DNA from: Abditibacteriaceae bacterium | GTDB taxonomy: Bacteria > Armatimonadota > Abditibacteriia > Abditibacteriales > Abditibacteriaceae | Assembly: GCA_031425655.1 (NCBI GenBank) | Contig: JANPJS010000034.1 | Location: 31,805-95,804, forward strand | DNA length: 64,000 nt | Direction of reading: 5' to 3' | In this document: positions 58,411-64,000 of the stretch, one piece after another | Position numbering within the stretch: position 1 is the first letter of the stretch | How the letters are laid out: every line of letters starts with the position of its first letter | Notes under the pieces: generated by a model | Database searches by the model: none | The model's input: the letters and a program-made list of their open reading frames with translations, nothing else | What the model was told of the DNA's origin: nothing | Translations under genes and position numbers: made by a program

Positions 58411-59373
58411 TCAAAGCCAGGGGTTGAAACAGACTTTGATCGCTTGCTGATTTTCTAACAAACCCACGCCGTGTCCATATTCTTCAAGCGATAATTGATG
58501 CGTGGTGAGCGGCGTTAAATCAAGCTGGCCGCGCTCGATTAAACCGACGGCGTATGCCGCTGCGGCGCGGCTGTGGCCGGGATAACCGCACAATTTCAAC
58601 GAATAATGACGCACCGCGAAGCTGTAATCTTCGCGCTGCACACCGAAAAGCGCGAGAGTTTCGCGCGTTCTATCCATCATCCATTCCACGCTGCGTTTGG
58701 CGCCCACGCAGTCAATCGCGCATTCGATGGAAGCGTGCGGACGGAGCGGAAACTGCGGCAATTCTTCGCGCGAATTGAAGGCCGCATCGGCGCCGAGCCT
58801 AACGGCTAAATCTCGGCGCGCGGGCGACAAATCGAAACCGATAATCTCACTGGCGCCTTCGGCTCTGAGCATTTGAAGCGCGATCAATCCGGCAGGGCCA
58901 AGTCCCATCACGGCGCTTTTGCGTCCGTTGATGGCGTTCATATCGCGCAACTGCAAAATCGCCGCACCAACGCACATTGCCAGTTCGACCGGCGCCGTCG
59001 CGTGGGGCGCAAGACTGGCCGGGACGCGAATCAAATCGTCCACTTTTTTCACCACGAATTGCGCGTAGCAACCCGGCAAATCGTGACCGCAGTCGCGCCA
59101 TGCGCTGACACGTTCGCCAACTTCAAAGTCGTCTACGCCTTCGCCCAATTTTTCGACGGTGCCGGTTGCTTCGTGCCCCGGTTGGCCGGGCGTATAAGGA
59201 TAGTGAAACTGGTGCCCGACAAACATCGGCTCGTTGTGGCGCAAGTGCAAATCCCACTGCGGGCAGGTCGTGACGGCCTCGATACGCAGCAAAACTTCGC
59301 CCGGTCCCGGCTGCGGAATCGGCGCTTCGACAACCTCATGCTGATTCGGCCCGGTCACGATAAGAATTTTCAT
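58411..59373 (-). CDS. Zinc-binding (MDR) dehydrogenase
   Basis: C...DLH, PGHEATG.V, GLGPAG; lacks the structural-Zn Cys cluster. Confidence 0.88.
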   Translation of the reverse strand: MKILIVTGPNQHEVVEAPIPQPGPGEVLLRIEAVTTCPQWDLHLRHNEPMFVGHQFHYPYTPGQPGHEATGTVEKLGEGVDDFEVGERVSAWRDCGHDLPGCYAQFVVKKVDDLIRVPASLAPHATAPVELAMCVGAAILQLRDMNAINGRKSAVMGLGPAGLIALQMLRAEGASEIIGFDLSPARRDLAVRLGADAAFNSREELPQFPLRPHASIECAIDCVGAKRSVEWMMDRTRETLALFGVQREDYSFAVRHYSLKLCGYPGHSRAAAAYAVGLIERGQLDLTPLTTHQLSLEEYGHGVGLLENQQAIKVCFNPWL

Positions 59374-60371
59374 GCGTCCCACTCCAAAACCACGCCCAAA
59401 ACCGGCGTGGGGCGCGACAAAATCAAATCGAAGGCTTCGCCGGCGCGCGAGGCCGGAAAACGATGCGTAATCAGCGGCAGAGTTTGTAATTCGCCGCGCG
59501 CGATCATTTGCAGCGTGGCATCCATGCGCGGCGTCGTCCAGCCCGAAGGCGCTTGCAAAGTCAGTTCGCGGTCGCGCAGTTTCTGAATATCAAGGCGTCC
59601 ATTTGGCCCGTAGAAGCCGGCGGACGAAATGTGTCCGTTGCGGCGAATCAACGGGATGAGATTTTCCAGAAGTTCGACGGTGCCGACCGTATCGCACACA
59701 GCCTGCACGCCTCCGGGTGCCCAACCTCCCGCGATTTGTGTAACGTCCTGCAACTTTTCGTTGACCAACATATCACCCTCGCGCAACGTGAACTTGTTCA
59801 ACCTTGCGTGGTGCCGACCGACTAACGTGACTTTGGCGCCACGCGATTGCAGCGTCTGAGCCGTCCAATGCCCGACTAAACCGTCGCCGATGACCACAAC
59901 TTTGTCGTTCTGCTGCACTGTTGGGCGCATCGCGGTGTTGTAACCGACTTGCGCCAAAACCAAGCCGCTAAACGCGACGGGTTCGATGTTTGTCGGCAGT
60001 TTCCAGACTTGTGAGCGATGCGTCACGGCGGGCGACACGTGGCCACCGTGATCGTAAAACATTTCTTCAACGCGCGAAACCGTCGCAAAAACCGTTTCGC
60101 CGACGGCTAAATCGCGGATTTTAGAGCCAATTTGCTCGACGACGCCGACTTTTTGATAACCGGGAATGTGCGGAAAGGGCAGCGGGTCATTTTCGCTGCG
60201 CGGAGTGTCGCCGGCGCTGCGTTCGCCGCGCACAAAGGAGCCTTCGGTGCCGTTGCTGATCCACGAATGCGTGACGCGAATGGCAACGTCATCTGCGCCC
60301 GGTTCGGGCACGCGCACCGCTTGAAATTCGACTTTTCCCGGCGCGACGGCCACTGCGGCAAGCGCTTTCAT
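59370..60371 (-). CDS. MDR-family dehydrogenase lacking canonical Zn ligands (BchC-like)
   Basis: SWISNGTE, PGYQKVG, GDGLVG, LITHRF. Confidence 0.82.
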   Translation of the reverse strand: MKALAAVAVAPGKVEFQAVRVPEPGADDVAIRVTHSWISNGTEGSFVRGERSAGDTPRSENDPLPFPHIPGYQKVGVVEQIGSKIRDLAVGETVFATVSRVEEMFYDHGGHVSPAVTHRSQVWKLPTNIEPVAFSGLVLAQVGYNTAMRPTVQQNDKVVVIGDGLVGHWTAQTLQSRGAKVTLVGRHHARLNKFTLREGDMLVNEKLQDVTQIAGGWAPGGVQAVCDTVGTVELLENLIPLIRRNGHISSAGFYGPNGRLDIQKLRDRELTLQAPSGWTTPRMDATLQMIARGELQTLPLITHRFPASRAGEAFDLILSRPTPVLGVVLEWDA

Positions 60372-61195
60372 CACGCGTCCTCGCAGAGCGGCAAAAGCGA
60401 ATCGAACATCAACTGCGCGGCTTCGGCGGCAGGCAAATTCCACAACTCGTCGCTGAACATTTCGATGGAAAAATAGCCGTTGTAGCCGTGTTTTTCGATG
60501 GCGCCAAAGAGCGCCGGCAAATCGAGACAACCGGCGCCGGGCAGAGCGCGATCCGAGTTGCAATTGGATAATTCGCCGGGCTTGTCGGCCATGTCGTCAA
60601 CGTGAACGTGCTTGATAAAGGGCACGCTTTGCGCGTGGATGTGCTCGAATTTCGACGGCGTGCAATGATAATGCGCCGGGTCGAAAAGCACACCGACATT
60701 TGAGGCGCCGGAACGCCGCGCGACTTCAACGGCTGTGCGAAGCGATTTTACGACCGGCGACCAGTTGAACTCGATCAGCAGCGACACGCCGGTGTTTTCG
60801 ATTTGCCCCGCGACATCGGCGAAAACACCGGCAAGTTCGCCTAAAACGTCGCCCGTCGGCGTATTTGGCCCGTCGGTGCCGACGACCATATTTTTCGCGC
60901 CTAATGCGGCCAATAATCGCGCATTTGCAACGATTTGCGCGTGGTTTTTCGCGCGCTGCTCCGCATCCGAAAACGCTTCGAGGCCGCACTCAAAGCCGCC
61001 GATGCACTGCAAATCGTGCGATTCAATCAAGCGCCGCGCATCGGCGGCGCTGTGTCCGCGCTGAAGATATTCCTTGACGTGGCCGAGCATAAACTCGACG
61101 TTTTGAAAACCCGCGCCCGCGTAGGCCGCAAGCGCTTCTTCCAAATTTTCGTGCCGTGTGGAAACCGAATTAATAGCGAGTTGAGAGCGTTTCAT
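60371..61195 (-). CDS. Sugar phosphate isomerase/epimerase (IolI-like TIM barrel)
   Basis: LIEFN, GVLFDPAH, HVHVDD, RALPG.G, GY.G.FSIEMF. Confidence 0.88.
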   Translation of the reverse strand: MKRSQLAINSVSTRHENLEEALAAYAGAGFQNVEFMLGHVKEYLQRGHSAADARRLIESHDLQCIGGFECGLEAFSDAEQRAKNHAQIVANARLLAALGAKNMVVGTDGPNTPTGDVLGELAGVFADVAGQIENTGVSLLIEFNWSPVVKSLRTAVEVARRSGASNVGVLFDPAHYHCTPSKFEHIHAQSVPFIKHVHVDDMADKPGELSNCNSDRALPGAGCLDLPALFGAIEKHGYNGYFSIEMFSDELWNLPAAEAAQLMFDSLLPLCEDA

Positions 61196-61204
61196 GGTGA
61201 TTGT

Positions 61205-61231
61205 AAACACAAAGACACGAAGACACAAAGA
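61205..61231. repeat. Solo arm of the family C element
   Basis: CACAAAGACACGAAGACACAAAGA, identical to 17210..17233, with no partner arm. Confidence 0.8.
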
Positions 61232-61243
61232 ATTGACGAAGGG

Positions 61244-62308
61244 TTAAAGGTTGAGAAACTGCCGGTAAATATCTTCAAATAATCGCACGTCGGTGAGGGT
61301 GTCTTGCGCGGTTGAATCGAAGGGCAGACCGTCGCGCACGCGGGCCAAAAAGTGTTTGGCTTCTTCGCGGTAGCTCCAGCCGGGCGCGGCGAATTCCTGA
61401 ACCTGTTGCGGCGCGCGATCTTTGTTTCCAGCGCGATAGATTTCGACGGTGGCGGGCATTTCTTTTTGCATCAAAGGCGGCGCCTGCGTGCGGAGCCAAC
61501 CGCCCTCGAAGTAGATTTGCGTGTGCTCTTCCCAGCCGTGAAATTGCGTATAAGCGCTTTCCACGATGGCGCGTGTGCCGCCGATGTCGAAAAGCACAGC
61601 GCCGGTCATGCCGTCGGAATCGAGGTCAACGTGCTTGATTTGCGCTTCGCCCCCAAGAAAAAAGCGCAGCAAATTGATGTTGTGCGTCCACTGCTGCAAG
61701 TAGCCGAGATACGAGTTTTTGCGCTCATCGGGCAGCCAGGCGGGGCATTCGTCGGGCGCGGGCGGCGGCGTGTCATCAGAAGTTTCAAAAGGCACGTTCG
61801 GGTCTTGTCCGTAAACCCAGTTGCCTCCGAAACCGTGATTGCGTGCCAGGACGATTTTTCCGGCCTCGCCGCTGGATTTCCACGCTTCCAAGTGCTTTTT
61901 TAAAAGCAGATTGCCTGCATCGTAGCGTTTCATGTAGCCGACCATCAAGCGCCCGCCGCCACTGCGCTCGGCCTCTACGATGCTTTGCGCCCGTTGGACG
62001 GAAACCGCCATCGGCTTTTCCATGAAAACCTGCTTGCCGGCGCGCAAAAGGTCTTCGGCGATGCCGCCCTGCAAAGCATAAGGCGCCGAAACTCCGACGG
62101 CTTCGATTTCCGCGTCGGCAGCGATTTCGTGATGCGAAGCATACACGCGTTCGATGCCGTAACGCGCCGCGACTTTGGCGCCCAATTCGGGCCGCGCTTC
62201 GGCGATGGCCACGAATCGGCAATCGGGCAGGCTTGCGAAATTTGGAATATGAATGCGCTGGCCGACAAAACCGCAACCGACGTAAGCGAAGCGAACGGGA
62301 TTATTCAT
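61244..62308 (-). CDS. Gfo/Idh/MocA-family oxidoreductase
   Basis: VGCGFVG..H, VFMEKPMA, LMVGYMKRYD. Confidence 0.92.
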   Translation of the reverse strand: MNNPVRFAYVGCGFVGQRIHIPNFASLPDCRFVAIAEARPELGAKVAARYGIERVYASHHEIAADAEIEAVGVSAPYALQGGIAEDLLRAGKQVFMEKPMAVSVQRAQSIVEAERSGGGRLMVGYMKRYDAGNLLLKKHLEAWKSSGEAGKIVLARNHGFGGNWVYGQDPNVPFETSDDTPPPAPDECPAWLPDERKNSYLGYLQQWTHNINLLRFFLGGEAQIKHVDLDSDGMTGAVLFDIGGTRAIVESAYTQFHGWEEHTQIYFEGGWLRTQAPPLMQKEMPATVEIYRAGNKDRAPQQVQEFAAPGWSYREEAKHFLARVRDGLPFDSTAQDTLTDVRLFEDIYRQFLNL

Positions 62309-62319
62309 GGACGTAAATT

Positions 62320-62460
62320 TTTAACCGCTGATGAACGCAGATAAACACCGATGGTTGTTGCTGGATATCATGTGCGCCGGAAACGCCGATGCTTATTGGC
62401 ACAACGCCAACTATCCGTGTTTATCGGGCGCCCTCTGGGCAGGATGCATCCGTGGTTAAA
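62320..62460. repeat. Nonamer-type palindrome (AACCGCTGATGAACGCAGATAAACACCGAT) with 19-nt insert
   Basis: Right arm ATCCGTGTTTATC[insert]TGCATCCGTGGTTAAA; overlaps the stop of the 62456 gene. Confidence 0.85.
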
Positions 62461-63196
62461 TTCCGAATTGGCTTTTCAAATAGGCGCGGCTCTCGACCAT
62501 GTCGCGCAGTGGGTTATCAGTAGTTGGGTCTTGCTCGACCATCAGGCCGCGCAGGTTTGTCAGCGACGGCAAAACGGCGATGGGCGCAGCCAAATCAAGG
62601 TCGCCCTGACCCAACGCGCACGCTTGGCGGCCTTTGAAATCGCGCAAATGCAAAAAGCCAATTTTCGCGGCGTGAGTTTGCATCCAGAGCGCAGCATTGT
62701 CGCCGGCCAAAGCCGCCCAACCGGCGTCGAAACAGAAGTCGAGAGCCTCGAAATTCAAGCCTTCGAGCAACAAATCAATGCCGCGCACGCCGTGTTCATC
62801 GGTTTCAAACTCGAAATCGTGGTTGTGATAATGCACGAAGATACCGCGTTCGCGCAGTTCGGCGCCGCGCTGGTTAAGAAAGTTGATAGTCGCGCGGTAA
62901 TCGCTAAGGGAACGCGCGTTCCATTCCAATAAACCTGATACGCACACGTCGCGGGCGCCGCTGAAATCACAGAATTCCAGCAGCGAATCCGAATCGCGCA
63001 AGGCCGCCGAATTGGTATGCACAGCCGCGAAAGTCAGCTCGTTTTCGCGGCACAAACGCGGAATCTCGCGGTTGTCGGCGAAGTTTTCAACGGCGCCGTA
63101 ACCCGCTGCTTTGAGGGCGCGCAGCGTGACGGCCCAATCGGGCTGCGATTTGGAAAAGATATAAAGCTGCGCGCCGACGGGAATATTTTTAGCCAT
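62456..63196 (-). CDS. Sugar phosphate isomerase/epimerase (TIM barrel)
   Basis: GAQLY, YHNHDFEF, D.GW...AG, LHLRD, LGQG..D, VEQD. Confidence 0.9.
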   Translation of the reverse strand: MAKNIPVGAQLYIFSKSQPDWAVTLRALKAAGYGAVENFADNREIPRLCRENELTFAAVHTNSAALRDSDSLLEFCDFSGARDVCVSGLLEWNARSLSDYRATINFLNQRGAELRERGIFVHYHNHDFEFETDEHGVRGIDLLLEGLNFEALDFCFDAGWAALAGDNAALWMQTHAAKIGFLHLRDFKGRQACALGQGDLDLAAPIAVLPSLTNLRGLMVEQDPTTDNPLRDMVESRAYLKSQFGI

Positions 63197-63998
63197 GAAA
63201 ATGCTGCTCAATAAAATCGCGTGTCGCTTCGATGCCTTGCCAGTCGTCGTCTGGCCCGCCCGCGACGATGGTGAACGGCCCGCGAAACTCCGGCGGGTAG
63301 GGCAAATCGAGGCAACTGACAAAATCATCGGCATGAATCTCCCCGCTCTCGGCGAAATCGGCCTTGGCGTGCGTGCTTTCGGCGAATTGGGCGATGGCAG
63401 CGAGGTCCTTGTATTTCGATGCGCTGCTCCAGTTGCCGAAATCGAGATTCAGTCCGACGCGTTTTTCGGTTTCTTCGAGCAACTGGCGCACAGCAGCGGG
63501 CGACGATAAGACGGCAAACCAGTTTTCCGTCGTCAGGCGCAGGTTGTGCGCCGTCGTGTAGCGCGCCAGCAAACGCAGCATCATGGCTGATGTCGAAACC
63601 GCCTTCTCTCCAGCGGTTTTTCCCGCGATGACACGCACTTTTTGCGCGCCCAGCCGCTCGGCGACCGGCAGCCAATCGCAAATCCATTCTAAATCGCGGT
63701 GTCCGGTTTGCGCGCTGGTCAAGTCGCCGTCGTCCACGAGCAGGGCGTGCAGTTGAACGCCCGCATCATCGAGTGCGGAGCGCATTTCCTGAATAAACGC
63801 TTCGTCGCGCGTCGGCAGATGAAAATGGCACAATTCCATGATAAAAATGCCGTGCGCGGCGATTTGAGCGGGCAGTTTCAACAGCGCCTGGCGCAACTCG
63901 ACGGAATCAACTAATTCGTCTTCGACGCCGCGAAAGGGCGGGCTACCCAGAGTGCGGTGCAAGGCCCACGACGAAACGGCGATTTGCGGGTTATTCAT
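63189..63998 (-). CDS. Sugar phosphate isomerase/epimerase (TIM barrel)
   Basis: AVSSWAL, RVIAG, LTTENW, GLNLDFGNW, HAKA. Confidence 0.85.
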   Translation of the reverse strand: MNNPQIAVSSWALHRTLGSPPFRGVEDELVDSVELRQALLKLPAQIAAHGIFIMELCHFHLPTRDEAFIQEMRSALDDAGVQLHALLVDDGDLTSAQTGHRDLEWICDWLPVAERLGAQKVRVIAGKTAGEKAVSTSAMMLRLLARYTTAHNLRLTTENWFAVLSSPAAVRQLLEETEKRVGLNLDFGNWSSASKYKDLAAIAQFAESTHAKADFAESGEIHADDFVSCLDLPYPPEFRGPFTIVAGGPDDDWQGIEATRDFIEQHFHG

Positions 63999-64000
63999 AG

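Noticed and set aside
2170..62460. Dispersed repeats as a CRISPR array
   Set aside because: No regularly spaced direct repeats with unique spacers; no cas genes

Overview
High-GC bacterial chromosomal window. Gene content and style (proteasome-type ARC ATPase, Tad genes, many secreted CAZyme-like proteins) suggest an Armatimonadota/Abditibacterium-like organism; this is an inference. In order it holds: an antitoxin plus a frameshifted PIN toxin coupled to a RhaSTPQ/LsrACDB-like sugar ABC operon and a GH-like/SGNH fusion; a lone ARC/Mpa AAA ATPase whose 3' end is duplicated around a small inserted gene; GH2 and a large CBM/DUF4091-like protein; HD-GYP, an acetyltransferase and Uma2; frr-uppS-(degenerate cdsA-like)-dxr-rseP-ispG; YfhO-like, ftsEX, csp, FkbM-like, glgA, an ABC exporter, icd and pncA-pncB; cpaF/tadB/tadC; DUF58-transglutaminase-MoxR; a HEPN-like/CBS protein, M32 peptidase, BON lipoprotein and GT-C protein; and a sugar oxidation/isomerisation cluster. 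I saw no rRNA, tRNA, CRISPR array, integrase or transposase. The main unexplained structure is about 19 palindromic elements at gene junctions, most built from 7- to 9-nt tandem units of several unrelated sequence families. Three of them carry the same 19-nt inserted module, and one appears to encode a lipoprotein signal peptide.
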